Shown: positions 1 through 9,474, counted from the stretch's first letter. The stretch is DNA of 64,000 nucleotides from an uncultured Clostridia bacterium (GCA_944392445.1 CALXWT010000002.1:9367-73366); one strand, 5' to 3'. Translations and numbers: made by a program. The notes: generated by a model from the letters alone, not told the origin.

Positions 1-768
1 GTCTAATACATTTATAAAGTTTTTAGCCACTTCTAAGCTTTTAAATTCTGGCAAATCAAATGCTTTATTGGCTCCCTCTAGATATATTTCTTCTTCTTCA
101 TTTATAGCCTTATTTAGTTGTTCCATTATTGGTTTTATTACATTTAAGCTATAATTCATGTGTGAAAAAATATATTCTTCTAATGGTTTGTCTATTTCAT
201 CTAAAGGCTTTCCTTTTAATTTATTATTAAAGATAAAATTTAGAGTTTCTACCTGTTCATTTGTAATATCTTCATCAAATTTAATAATTGTTTCCTTTAT
301 TATTCCTGAATCTGTTAATATAACTGCCATTAGCATTCTAGTTCCCAAAAGCACGAATTTTATTTCTTGTATATTTTGTAATTGTGTTTTTGGACCTATT
401 GCAACTGTTGTATAATGAGTTACTTCTGAAATAGTACTTGTAGCTATTTTAGTTAGGTCTTCCATTTCGTTTACTTTATCCATCAACTTAGCTTGAATGT
501 ATTTTATTTCTGCTAAACTAATATTTTTATCATTCAATAATTCATCTACATATAGCCTATATCCTTTAGCAGATGGAACTCTTCCACTTGAAGTATGAGT
601 TTTTTCTATATATCCTATTTTTTCTAGCTCTGCCATTTCATTTCTTATTGTAGCACTACTTAAATCTAATCCATATCTTTTAGTAATACTACCTGAACTT
701 ACTGGCTCTGCTGTATTTATATATTCTTCTATAATTGCTTGTAATATTTTCTTTTTTCTATTATCCAC
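1..768 (-). CDS. hrcA: Heat-inducible transcription repressor HrcA (3' end cut by window edge); start reassigned to GTG at 766-768
   Basis: Minus-strand translation ...VDNRKKKILQAIIEEYINTAEPVSSGSITKRYGLDLSSATIRNEMAELEKIGYIEK... matches HrcA N-terminus. RBS AGAAGGTG lies 5 nt before the GTG. The six-frame track missed this ORF because the upstream ATG lies inside the CIRCE operator. Confidence 0.85.
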   Translation of the reverse strand, partial: MDNRKKKILQAIIEEYINTAEPVSSGSITKRYGLDLSSATIRNEMAELEKIGYIEKTHTSSGRVPSAKGYRLYVDELLNDKNISLAEIKYIQAKLMDKVNEMEDLTKIATSTISEVTHYTTVAIGPKTQLQNIQEIKFVLLGTRMLMAVILTDSGIIKETIIKFDEDITNEQVETLNFIFNNKLKGKPLDEIDKPLEEYIFSHMNYSLNVIKPIMEQLNKAINEEEEIYLEGANKAFDLPEFKSLEVAKNFINVLD

Positions 769-782
769 TTTCGCACCTTCTT

Positions 783-809
783 TTAGCACTTGTTCTTTTG
801 GAGTGCTAA
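783..809 (-). promoter_or_regulatory. CIRCE operator (HrcA binding site) TTAGCACTT-N9-GAGTGCTAA
   Basis: Near-perfect inverted repeat ttagcacttgttcttttggagtgctaa, read directly from the sequence. It lies between the predicted -10 box and the hrcA start codon. Confidence 0.85.
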
Positions 810-818
810 ACTTTATAT

Positions 819-847
819 ATATTATATCCATTTTTAGCAAAAGTCAA
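819..847 (-). promoter_or_regulatory. Sigma-A-type promoter TTGACT-17-TAATAT driving hrcA
   Basis: Minus-strand reading gives TTGACT, a 17-nt spacer, then TAATAT, immediately upstream of CIRCE. Confidence 0.6.
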
Positions 848-968
848 TACTTATTGCTAATTTTAATTGTGAATTTTTTGTGAAAAGCATTAAACTTTTT
901 TAATTTTTTTTCTAAAATCTATTGACATATAGTCGAAAATGTTTTATACTTTTAATTGCGTTTGAGAT

Positions 969-1045
969 GCGCCCTTAGCTCAGTTGGTTAGAGCAACCGG
1001 CTCATAACCGGTAGGTCCAAGGTTCGAATCCTTGAGGGCGCACCA
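969..1045 (+). tRNA. tRNA-Met (anticodon CAT); could instead be the lysidine-modified tRNA-Ile2
   Basis: Cloverleaf GCGCCCT...AGGGCGC-A-CCA. Anticodon loop is ctCATaa, the T-loop is GGTTCGAATCC, and CCA is encoded. Confidence 0.85.
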
Positions 1046-1088
1046 TTTTTATTAAATAGATATTTTCTATTTAGTAATTTTATATTTT

Positions 1089-1174
1089 GGGTAGGTGGCC
1101 GAGTGGCTAAAGGCGGCAGACTGTAAATCTGTTCTCATTTGAGTACGATGGTTCGAATCCATCCCTGCCCACCA
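1089..1174 (+). tRNA. tRNA-Tyr (anticodon GTA), class II with long variable arm
   Basis: GGGTAGG acceptor stem pairs with CCTGCCC. Anticodon loop is ctGTAaa, the T-loop is GGTTCGAATCC, and CCA is encoded. Confidence 0.85.
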
Positions 1175-1177
1175 ATA

Positions 1178-1208
1178 AAGCAAGTTTCGACTTGTTTTAT
1201 TTTTTGCT
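1178..1208 (+). terminator. Rho-independent terminator after the tRNA pair
   Basis: caagt-ttcg-acttg hairpin followed by a TTTTATTTTTT tract. Confidence 0.5.
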
Positions 1209-1212
1209 GTTT

Positions 1213-1545
1213 TTACTCCACCTCAATTTCCACAATATCCCACACACTTACATTCTCTTTCCCATCTATTTGAATTCTCTTTTTTGTATAATCTATATTA
1301 GTTACAATTCCTATTTTTTCTATATATTTCTTATTTTTATAAAACTTAATCTTAGCCATTCTTCCATTTTCTAGCCTATTTAAACTGTTTTCTAGTTCTT
1401 CATAACTATCTTCTGTAAGTTCTTTTTTAGCCTCGTATTCCGTTTCTTTCTCTTTTAAGGCTTCTCTAAAACCTACTAAGGCGTCAAAAGGTAAAAATTG
1501 TTTTGCTCTACTTACTCTACTTGCCATTTTATCCTCCTTTCCCAA
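1213..1545 (-). CDS. YolD-like protein (small partner of UmuC-like Y-family polymerases)
   Basis: 110-aa ORF immediately downstream of the Y-family polymerase in the same orientation. Size and pairing fit the YolD/YqzH family. Confidence 0.5.
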   Translation of the reverse strand: MGKEDKMASRVSRAKQFLPFDALVGFREALKEKETEYEAKKELTEDSYEELENSLNRLENGRMAKIKFYKNKKYIEKIGIVTNIDYTKKRIQIDGKENVSVWDIVEIEVE

Positions 1546-1615
1546 TTCATTTTCTATTTATTTTCCATTTCATAATCCTAAATTTAGATAACTTACTAAA
1601 AGATTAGCCTTAATT

Positions 1616-2884
1616 TTACTCCCCACCATTGTGCCCACCAATAAGTGTATTTCTAACTAATGTTGTTGCACCTTCTTGTAAATCCATTCCTCTTAAGATT
1701 TTATTCTTTCCCATTTCACTTTTTATTCTATTTATTACTAATTCTAATTTTCTTTCTTTATCTAGCTTTTTTTGATCCTTAAATAAATTTAGTTGCACAT
1801 AATCATTTTCTCTTACATTTGCAAAACTAATACCTATTCGTCTTATTCCAATGTTTCTATTTGTGGTTCTGTCATAAAGCCTTAGAAAAGTACTTACTAA
1901 ATCAGAATATACATTCGTATAATTATTAGTTCTTTCTGTGCCTCCTGTTGCAGGAATAACATCTTTTGAATATCCTACATATAATTTTACTGTATCTGTA
2001 GATAAATTCTCGTCAATTAGGCGTAAGCTGCCTAATTCTACCATTTCTTTTAAAACTAATCTTGCTTTTTCAAAAGAATAATCTTCAAACAACACTTGAC
2101 TATTGCTAATGCATCTTGCTTGTGGCTTGTATTTTTTTATATCTTCAATAGTACAGCTTTCTCTTCCCCACGAATGGTCTATTAAGTATTCTGCATTAAC
2201 TCCAAATTCTTTATATAATTTCTTTGGCTCTGCATTGGCTACATCATACATATCATATAATCGTAGTTTATTTAGTCTTCTTTCTATACCATGCCCAATT
2301 TGCCAGAAGTCTGTAAGTGGCTTATGATGCCATAATTCTTTTTTATATTTTTCTTCATCTAAATATCCTATATTACTAGCACTATGCTTTGCAGTAATGT
2401 CTAACGCAACTTTTGCCAGATACATATTAGTTCCAATTCCAGCAGTAGCTGTTATCCCATAATTTTTAAATATATCTTTTATAATTGTTTTTGCGAGCTC
2501 TACTGGTGTTAATTTATACATTTTCAAATAGTTTGTAGCATCCATAAAAGCTTCATCTATAGAATATACATGAATATCTTCTTTCGAAAAATATTTTAAG
2601 TATATTGCATATACATTAGCAGAATATTCTATATATTTTTTCATTCTAGGAAGAGCTACAATGTATTGTATATTTTGTGGTATTTCATATATTCTACATC
2701 TATTTTTTACTCCAAGCATTTTCATTTTCGGACTTACTGCTAAACATATTGCGCCCTTTCCTCTGCTTGGATCTGCAACTACCAAATTAGTGTTAAATGG
2801 GTCTAATTTTCTTTCTACACATTCAACAGATGCATAAAATGTTTTTAAATCGATACATAAATATGTTCTTTGCATTTTTACCAC
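1616..2884 (-). CDS. Y-family (UmuC/DinB-like) error-prone DNA polymerase
   Basis: 422 aa. The N-terminus ...YLCIDLKTFYASVECVERKLDPFNTNLVVADPSRGKGAICLAVSPKMKMLGVK... is typical of the IMS/UmuC family. Confidence 0.85.
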   Translation of the reverse strand: MVKMQRTYLCIDLKTFYASVECVERKLDPFNTNLVVADPSRGKGAICLAVSPKMKMLGVKNRCRIYEIPQNIQYIVALPRMKKYIEYSANVYAIYLKYFSKEDIHVYSIDEAFMDATNYLKMYKLTPVELAKTIIKDIFKNYGITATAGIGTNMYLAKVALDITAKHSASNIGYLDEEKYKKELWHHKPLTDFWQIGHGIERRLNKLRLYDMYDVANAEPKKLYKEFGVNAEYLIDHSWGRESCTIEDIKKYKPQARCISNSQVLFEDYSFEKARLVLKEMVELGSLRLIDENLSTDTVKLYVGYSKDVIPATGGTERTNNYTNVYSDLVSTFLRLYDRTTNRNIGIRRIGISFANVRENDYVQLNLFKDQKKLDKERKLELVINRIKSEMGKNKILRGMDLQEGATTLVRNTLIGGHNGGE

Positions 2885-2912
2885 TATCCTTTTTGCATTT
2901 ACTCATAATCAT

Positions 2913-2950
2913 ATTATACTATTTTGTTTTCAAAATGTAAACACTTGTTT
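2913..2950 (-). promoter_or_regulatory. Promoter (TTTACA-17-TATAAT) with an overlapping imperfect LexA/Cheo-like palindrome AAACACTTGTTT
   Basis: The palindrome aaacacttgttt (2939-2950) overlaps the -35 of a good -10 TATAAT upstream of the Y-family polymerase. It resembles a GAAC-N4-GTTC SOS box with one mismatch per half-site. Confidence 0.35.
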
Positions 2951-3422
2951 GCATTTTTGATGTGGTAATTTTTTACATTATTAGATATTTTTTCCTTTTT
3001 ATTCCTATTTATTAGTTATGACTACATTTATGAAAGATCACGATAATAAGTACTTTTTTTATTCATTAGAGCATTTATTATTGTAAATATACTTATGCTA
3101 AATAAGCTATCAAAGTTTTGCTTAAGATAAAATGTAATCTTACTGAAAATTATTGATTTATGCCAATACTAAAAAGTATTGCAATTATTTTTAAAATTTT
3201 TATATTTATATTTCTCCTTTTTCGCTAGGAACTCTACATTCCCCCTTTACTATAAATCAAAAGAACATCTACTTAATTGTAAATGTTCTCATTCTATTAA
3301 TAATTTTCTTTATTTTATCTGAGATATTTGGAGTAATATTCTTTGCATTATTATTAAAATTTTCAAGTTTATTTGCAATATTTTCTTTATTAACTCTAAT
3401 TACCTTTCGCCTCTTATATAAT

Positions 3423-4055
3423 TTATTTTTTTACTTCTATCGTATATCCATCTGGTATAGCATTTGCTAATATTCCTTTTATAAGGACTTCTGACTGTTG
3501 GTTTGCTAATTCTAATATTCCTGTATTTGATGCTTCTTTTTTCGCATCTTCTTCTGCAAGTGCTAATGCTTTAGCTAAATCTTCTTTTTCATTCACATTA
3601 AATAAAGAAAATCCTGTACCATAGAATTTAAGATTATTAGGATCAACTTTAACTTCAAATATTTCTGCATCTGGTATAGTAATTAATATTTTTTTCTGTA
3701 TTGGATCTGATTCAATTTTTACATTTTCTAAATTAATTCCTGCTCTTACTGTCGCTGTAAAGCACATTGTGAAATCAGATCTATTAAAAACATATACCCC
3801 TTCATCATGATATTCTGATAGACCAGTAATCTTAAGTTTTGCAGTTGTCAATTCACTAGACTTCGTTAATATCTGTGTTAAAAAAGTTGTATCTACATCT
3901 GCTTTTTTATTTATGCCAACGGTAATAAACAAAACTATAATTACTATGATTATTGCTCCAATTATTATTTTGGCTTTTTTACTTAAATTTTTCAAAAATG
4001 TCTTAATTTCTTTTCTTTCTACAACAACTTTTTCCTTTTTTGTTTCATCGTTCAT
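3423..4055 (-). CDS. Membrane-anchored hypothetical protein (DUF4230-like)
   Basis: 210-aa ORF with an N-terminal transmembrane segment and a good RBS context. The family assignment is from memory. Confidence 0.45.
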   Translation of the reverse strand: MNDETKKEKVVVERKEIKTFLKNLSKKAKIIIGAIIIVIIVLFITVGINKKADVDTTFLTQILTKSSELTTAKLKITGLSEYHDEGVYVFNRSDFTMCFTATVRAGINLENVKIESDPIQKKILITIPDAEIFEVKVDPNNLKFYGTGFSLFNVNEKEDLAKALALAEEDAKKEASNTGILELANQQSEVLIKGILANAIPDGYTIEVKK

Positions 4056-4067
4056 ATCTTTTCCTCC

Positions 4068-4175
4068 TTAAAAAATACATATTATTAGAGCTCTAATTAT
4101 TATAAACAGCACTATAGTCCCTAATATAATTGCTAATATTTTAGATATTCCATTGTTTTTTCCTTTTTTAGACAT
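4068..4175 (-). CDS. Small hydrophobic protein (about 35 aa) directly upstream of the DUF4230 gene
   Basis: The track ORF 4068..4355 was trimmed to the internal ATG (MSKKGKNNGISKILAIILGTIVLF...), which is preceded by AGGAGGTG. The longer N-terminus has no RBS. Confidence 0.3.
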   Translation of the reverse strand: MSKKGKNNGISKILAIILGTIVLFIIIRALIICIF

Positions 4176-4510
4176 CCTTCCACCTCCTATAACAGGCATT
4201 GTTTTTTTCGCGAATTTTCTAGTCTCTAATATTGTTCTCAATACAAAGTATCTTTTTCTTCTTTTACTACTATACCACAAAAGCTGCTTTCTCGCAATTA
4301 TTCTACATATTATTTTCCCACTTAAATGATAATGTAATTTTTTTCTCATTGCCAAGCCTTTTTTATCTTGCTTTGAGAGTTGCTTTTTATATTCAATCTA
4401 AAATCTATTTAAAAAATATCTTTTTGAGACATTTCTATCGTTACTCTTTCTAATTTTACCATGTTCTACCAACAAAATTCTGTTAGAGAATTTTTCTTTT
4501 AGAAAATTAA

Positions 4511-4541
4511 GCGCCGTAACTCGATGTTACGGCGCTAACTT
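4511..4541 (-). terminator. Hairpin terminator downstream of the 71-aa membrane protein gene
   Basis: agcgccgtaac-tcgat-gttacggcgct perfect 11-bp stem. Confidence 0.45.
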
Positions 4542-4550
4542 ATGGAACGT

Positions 4551-4766
4551 TTATCGTACTCGATGTTTTTGGATAAAATCCTTCTCGCACCACTCGTGCC
4601 TCTCGTTCTCATCTGCTTTGTACGCTACAAAGCTCATGAAAACAAAGATAAGTCCTGCTACAACCAATGCTAATATAGTTCCGTCGTAGTAGAACAGATA
4701 CAGGCAAAATGCCATTGCAATGATTGAAACAATCATTGCGAGAATAAATAAAATTTTCCGTCCCAT
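4551..4766 (-). CDS. Small integral membrane protein (71 aa)
   Basis: Two predicted transmembrane helices, followed by a terminator hairpin. Confidence 0.45.
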   Translation of the reverse strand: MGRKILFILAMIVSIIAMAFCLYLFYYDGTILALVVAGLIFVFMSFVAYKADENERHEWCEKDFIQKHRVR

Positions 4767-4957
4767 TTTTGTTCCTCCTTGAATTCACAAGTAGTTTTTG
4801 TACTAATAGCTTTTGCTATCAAACTATATTATACCACAATTTACATAATTTTACAATTCTTTACGAGATTTTCTCTTGAATTATTAGAATATTTTTTTAT
4901 TTTTTGCTTATAATAATAATAGTTTTAAAATTTTAATCTGCTCATAGGGAGGAATTT

Positions 4958-5152
4958 ATGAAAATTATTGATAAAATAACTCTTGCTTTAGTTATAATTG
5001 GTGCTATTAACTGGGGATTAGTTGGGATTTTTAACTTTAATTTAGTAGATACCATATTTGGAATGATGTCTATTCTAAGTAGAATTATATATATATTAGT
5101 TGGCATTTCTGGTTTATGGACAATTAGATTATTATTTGTAGATTATGACTAA
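4958..5152 (+). CDS. DUF378 family small membrane protein
   Basis: 64 aa. The motif ...GAINWGLVGIFNFNLV... is characteristic of DUF378. RBS AGGGAGG precedes the ATG. Confidence 0.7.
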   Translation: MKIIDKITLALVIIGAINWGLVGIFNFNLVDTIFGMMSILSRIIYILVGISGLWTIRLLFVDYD

Positions 5153-5171
5153 TGTAAATAAAAAGATGGAA

Positions 5172-5206
5172 AATTTTATATAACCATCTTTTCTTTTACA
5201 TTATAT
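5172..5206. terminator. Bidirectional hairpin terminator
   Basis: aaagatgg...ccatcttt inverted repeat with flanking T/A tracts. Confidence 0.4.
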
Positions 5207-5264
5207 ATAGTTAAGTTTTTTAGCATAAATTTATATAGAATAATTTATGTTTTTATTAATATCT

Positions 5265-6125
5265 TTACTCGTCTTCTCCTCTACCTTCTGGTAATGCATT
5301 TGGTATTTCTAATACAATTCTAATCTTCATTACATATTTTATTGCTTTTACAAATTTACTGTTTTTGAAACGTTGCCACAATGAAGGTTTTACTTCTACT
5401 CTTGTTTGTTCTATATATTGCTTGTTTTCTTCTACTGTTTCTGGTAATATAGGTGCTTGAACTTCTTCTACATTTTCTTGCACTACAGTCTCCATTGGTT
5501 CTTCTGGTGTTGGAATTAATTTTAAAGCATCTGCCACTTCAATTCCTATATAGCTTAAAGCTTTTGATCTATCCTCTATCCTTTCCATATCTATTTCAAT
5601 ATGTAGGTTTGTCTCTAAATTTCCAATTCTTGCATTTATTAATTTTACTGCATCCTGATAATTTTGAGATGTTGTGCCTTTTGACCTTCCTATAACTCCA
5701 AGAGTTTCGATTATATCTTCAGAGAAGTCACTTGATATTTGTTTTACTGTATCTTTCCAATCGTCTGATTTATTTTCCACAGCGTCTAAAGCATCTTTTA
5801 AGCTAGCTGCTAATGCAATATTCTTCTCTCTTTGTCTTATTAAATCTTCTATTTTTTTAGTATTTTCTTCAAATTGATTTGTTGCATACTCAACTAACCC
5901 ATAGGCTGCCTTATATACACTTATTGGGAAATTCTTTTTCTTAGGATACTCTATTAAATATGTTTTTATAGATTCTATTAAATCTTTAAAATAGGCATCA
6001 TCTTCTAATTGGATGATTTGCTTTTTACTATTTGGATTTATTAATTTTTGTACTTTATCAATATTTGATAAAATTTTCTCTTCCGTGATTACCATTCTCA
6101 CGTTTACTATGCCAGATCTAGACAT
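5265..6125 (-). CDS. Hypothetical protein (286 aa), acidic, predicted coiled-coil
   Basis: Long clean ORF. No family recognised. Confidence 0.5.
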   Translation of the reverse strand: MSRSGIVNVRMVITEEKILSNIDKVQKLINPNSKKQIIQLEDDAYFKDLIESIKTYLIEYPKKKNFPISVYKAAYGLVEYATNQFEENTKKIEDLIRQREKNIALAASLKDALDAVENKSDDWKDTVKQISSDFSEDIIETLGVIGRSKGTTSQNYQDAVKLINARIGNLETNLHIEIDMERIEDRSKALSYIGIEVADALKLIPTPEEPMETVVQENVEEVQAPILPETVEENKQYIEQTRVEVKPSLWQRFKNSKFVKAIKYVMKIRIVLEIPNALPEGRGEDE

Positions 6126-6308
6126 TGTAAACCTAACCTCCTTTGTCCTATGTAATGCTTATTTCCGTAAGTAATTTTTATTTATAGGATTACCTCTTAC
6201 TTTACATTATCATTGTATTACAAGTTTTATTTTAAGTCAAGTACTTTTTTGTAATAATTTGTCTTTTTTGTTACTGTCTAATGTTTTTTGTAAAATTTAG
6301 GTCTTAAA

Positions 6309-6492
6309 CCTAGGTAATATGTATATTTAGAGAATTTTTGCAGTGACGCGTAAGCGACCAAACGAGCTTCTTTGAAGCGAGTGCGATTTGGAGCAAACGA
6401 GCAGAATTAAAAAATTTATTTTTTAACTCTGGTTATATGTTTGCTTTCGCCAAGGAACAAAAAAATTTGATAAATATACATATTACCTAAGG
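6309..6492. mobile_element. MITE-like element, copy 1 (terminal inverted repeats cctaggtaatatgtatattta ... taaatatacatattacctaagg)
   Basis: 184-bp element bounded by roughly 20-bp perfect terminal inverted repeats. It has a GC-rich core (tttgcagtgacgcgtaagcgaccaaacgagc...gcgagtgcgatttggagca) and is repeated at 9085-9284, with partial copies elsewhere. Confidence 0.6.
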
Positions 6493-6507
6493 TTTGTACC
6501 ATATTTC

Positions 6508-8373
6508 TTACTTATCTTTTTTTATTTCTTCATATCGTTTTATTTTCATTGTAGTTGTTTTAACGAAATCATCATGTTTGATTTCCAATTTTTTAATAGC
6601 TTTGTATGAGGTTAATTCTTTGTTTACTTCTTTTACCTTATCCCAAATTATTTTATATACTTCTTCCTCACTTAAATCTTTTCTATATTTTTCTTCTATT
6701 ACCTCATAATTTGGAATAACTTTAGCAGTAATTATTAGCTCTTTTTCTCCTTCTACTTCTTTACCATAAACCATGCATTCTTTTATTTCTGTATGTTTAG
6801 AAAGCATTAGTTCTATTTCTTCTGGATATATGTTTTTTCCGTTTTGTGTTACTATAACATTTTTACTTCTACCTGTTATATACAAGAAACCGTCATTATC
6901 CATATATCCAATGTCTCCCGAGTGGAACCATCTTTCTCCATTTTCTTCAAAAATTGCTTCTTTTGTAGCCTCTTCGTCCTCATAATATCCAAGCATTAAA
7001 GTCTTACTGCAAATTAGTACTTCTCCTTCTCCATTTTCGTTTGGATGGTCTATTCTTAATTTTGCTCCTACTACTGCTTTACCTGCAGAACCAACTTTTG
7101 TTTCAAAATCTGGTGTTAATGCAGCAATCGGTGCAGTTTCTGTTAATCCATATCCTTGTAAGAAAAGTATGCCAATATCTTCTACCCACTTTCCTATTTT
7201 AGCATCTATTGGTGCTGCTGCTGAAACTATTATTCTCAATCTTCCACCTAGATTTTCGTAAATTTCATTAAATACTTTTCTTTTTATATCCACGCCAACT
7301 ACTTTTAGTGCATTTGTTACATGAATCATTGAATTTACTAAACCGTCTTTTTTGCTCTTTTTGATGTTGGCATTTATTTTTCTATATAAGCTTTCAACAA
7401 GTAATGGCACAGTTAATAGTGCTGTTGGTTTTGTTTCTTGCAAGTCTGACACTATATGTTTTAAACCTTGGCACACACTAATAGATGCACCAATTCCGAA
7501 TGGTAGTAAAAATCCTATTGATGATTCATAAGTATGGTGTAATGGTAGTATTGACATTAACCTATCATCTGGTGTAAGTTTAACATATGCAGTTGCTGCA
7601 TTTACGTTTTGTGCTAAATTTCTATTGCATAGCATAACACCTTTTGCATTTGAAGTAGTTCCTGATGTAAATATTAAAACTTTAAACTCGTCAGGATCTA
7701 TTTCAATACTCATAAAACTATTATCTCCACCATTTACCAAAGCTTTTCCTTCTTCTATTAAATAATCTAAACCTACAAATCTTCCGTCTATTTCTTGGTC
7801 AGAATTCATTTGTATAAAATATTTCACATCTGGTAAGTTTTCTGATACTTTTTTTATAACGTCAGCTTTTTTTGTAGAAAATATTACTGCCGATGCTCTA
7901 GCTCTTTTTATAACATTTTCAATTTCATTTTCTGGTAATTCCTTATCTACAGGAACTGCAATTCCTGCACCACAAAGCATTGTCATGTATGATACATACC
8001 AATGGTGTGTGTTTTCTCCTATTATAACAATTCTTGTATCTTTTAAATTTAATTTTCTTGTTAATGCAGTTCCAAGTCCAATTACCTCATTTTTAAACTG
8101 GTTATATGTAATTTCTGTCCAATCACCTTTTGGATTAAATTTTTCTAATAAGAAAGTCCTATCTGCATATTCTTTTGAAGAATTAATAAATATTTCTTTT
8201 ACTGTTTCAAAAGAAGTTCCATCATAATTTTTAGTTCTCTTTTTCTTTTGATTTTCTTCTGCTTTCTTTACTTTTTCGTAATCCACTTTTACTTCATCGA
8301 TTTCATCAAGTTCCTTTAAATGAAACTTTGGAAATTTAAAATTTGGAACTTTAAAATCTTTTAATATTCTCAT
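6508..8373 (-). CDS. fadD: Long-chain fatty-acid--CoA ligase (AMP-binding enzyme family)
   Basis: 621 aa. AMP-binding motif FTSGTTSNAKGVML and C-terminal ...GRSKNVIVTQNGKNIYPEEIE... are present. Confidence 0.85.
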   Translation of the reverse strand: MRILKDFKVPNFKFPKFHLKELDEIDEVKVDYEKVKKAEENQKKKRTKNYDGTSFETVKEIFINSSKEYADRTFLLEKFNPKGDWTEITYNQFKNEVIGLGTALTRKLNLKDTRIVIIGENTHHWYVSYMTMLCGAGIAVPVDKELPENEIENVIKRARASAVIFSTKKADVIKKVSENLPDVKYFIQMNSDQEIDGRFVGLDYLIEEGKALVNGGDNSFMSIEIDPDEFKVLIFTSGTTSNAKGVMLCNRNLAQNVNAATAYVKLTPDDRLMSILPLHHTYESSIGFLLPFGIGASISVCQGLKHIVSDLQETKPTALLTVPLLVESLYRKINANIKKSKKDGLVNSMIHVTNALKVVGVDIKRKVFNEIYENLGGRLRIIVSAAAPIDAKIGKWVEDIGILFLQGYGLTETAPIAALTPDFETKVGSAGKAVVGAKLRIDHPNENGEGEVLICSKTLMLGYYEDEEATKEAIFEENGERWFHSGDIGYMDNDGFLYITGRSKNVIVTQNGKNIYPEEIELMLSKHTEIKECMVYGKEVEGEKELIITAKVIPNYEVIEEKYRKDLSEEEVYKIIWDKVKEVNKELTSYKAIKKLEIKHDDFVKTTTMKIKRYEEIKKDK

Positions 8374-8403
8374 TTAATATTCACTCCTATATTTTTATAT
8401 GTG

Positions 8404-8967
8404 CTATGCACGTAACTTCTTAAGAAAAGAATTGTCTACTTCTTCAAAAATTGTTTGTACATCCACTTTATTATGTCTCATTTTATATATATAACTTGAA
8501 CAAGTAAATCCAAATATTCCAGAAGCTATAATATCTGAATCTCTATCTACTATTTCGTTCTTTTGTATCCCCTTTTTTACTATCTCTTCTATCATATATA
8601 TATATTCAAACACATATTTTTTGCATAATTTACTTCTCTCGTCATTGCCCCAAATTTGGCTTAATATTATTGTTATAAAGTTTTCGTATTTGAATAGTAT
8701 TTTTATTTGTATTAAAACTATTGCTCTAATTTTATCTAGTGAATTAGTCATTTTATCTGTTTTAATAGTAATACTGTTTTTTAAAAGCTTCATTCCTTCA
8801 TCAACTAAGAAATTAAAAATTTCTTCTTTGCTTGAAAAATGATAATATAATGTTCCCTTTGCCACACCTACAGTTGCAGTTATTTCTTCTATACTAGTTG
8901 CATCATAACCTTTTTCTGCAAATAGTTGCATTGATGTTTCAAAAATCTTTCTTTTCGTTTTATTCAT
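8404..8967 (-). CDS. TetR/AcrR family transcriptional regulator
   Basis: N-terminal HTH ...IFETSMQLFAEKGYDATSIEEITATVGVAKGTLYYHFSSKEEIF... Confidence 0.85.
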   Translation of the reverse strand: MNKTKRKIFETSMQLFAEKGYDATSIEEITATVGVAKGTLYYHFSSKEEIFNFLVDEGMKLLKNSITIKTDKMTNSLDKIRAIVLIQIKILFKYENFITIILSQIWGNDERSKLCKKYVFEYIYMIEEIVKKGIQKNEIVDRDSDIIASGIFGFTCSSYIYKMRHNKVDVQTIFEEVDNSFLKKLRA

Positions 8968-9084
8968 TTACTTCACCTTTACACAAAAAACTATATTTAT
9001 TATATAATTTATTAGGAAATTATGCAAGTGTTTATTGGATTTTTGACCTTTCGTTCGTTACTAGATAATGGTTTTGTAGGAAAT

Positions 9085-9284
9085 TAGATTCTAAACCTAG
9101 GTAATATGTATATTTAGAGAATTTTTGCAGTGACGCGTAAGCGACCAAACGAGCTTCTTTGAAGCGAGTGCGATTTGGAGCACCTTTCCTGCGATAAAAA
9201 GAAAAATAAATTTTTCTTTTTATCATTAGCAGGGTGCGACATCAAGGAACAAAAAAATTTGATAAATATACATATTACCTAAGG
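9085..9284. mobile_element. MITE-like element, copy 2 (same terminal inverted repeats and GC-rich left core as 6309-6492, different internal segment)
   Basis: The first roughly 95 bp are almost identical to copy 1. The internal part differs and contains a gataaaaagaaaaa/tttttctttttatc hairpin. An outer inverted repeat (tcgttcgttactagataatggtttt ... aaaaccattatctagtaactttcgttcg at 9050-9338) flanks it. Confidence 0.6.
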
Positions 9285-9474
9285 TTTGCATCATATTATT
9301 TTATAAAAACCATTATCTAGTAACTTTCGTTCGCTATACAATAAGAAAAGTTGCTTCGCCTTATGTGCATTTCGCTTCGCGAATATGCACAGCCCAAGGA
9401 AACTTAACCTTGTTGTATAGGAAAAATCGAAGATTTTTCCTATACAATAAAATTAAGCGAGAATACTCTCGCTT

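Noticed and set aside
158-415. 85-aa plus-strand ORF
   Set aside because: Lies antisense inside the clearly identifiable hrcA coding sequence. Low-complexity hydrophobic translation typical of AT-rich antisense frames.
3230-3300. GAACAT-N14-ATGTTC inverted repeat as a LexA box
   Set aside because: Spacer of 14 nt is incompatible with the GAAC-N4-GTTC architecture. Not adjacent to a promoter.
4232-4453. 73-aa plus-strand ORF
   Set aside because: Antisense and overlapping the small minus-strand membrane protein gene. Poly-Phe/Tyr low-complexity translation.
9032-9226. 64-aa minus-strand ORF
   Set aside because: Falls entirely within the MITE-like repeat copy 2. No RBS. Translation of a repeat.
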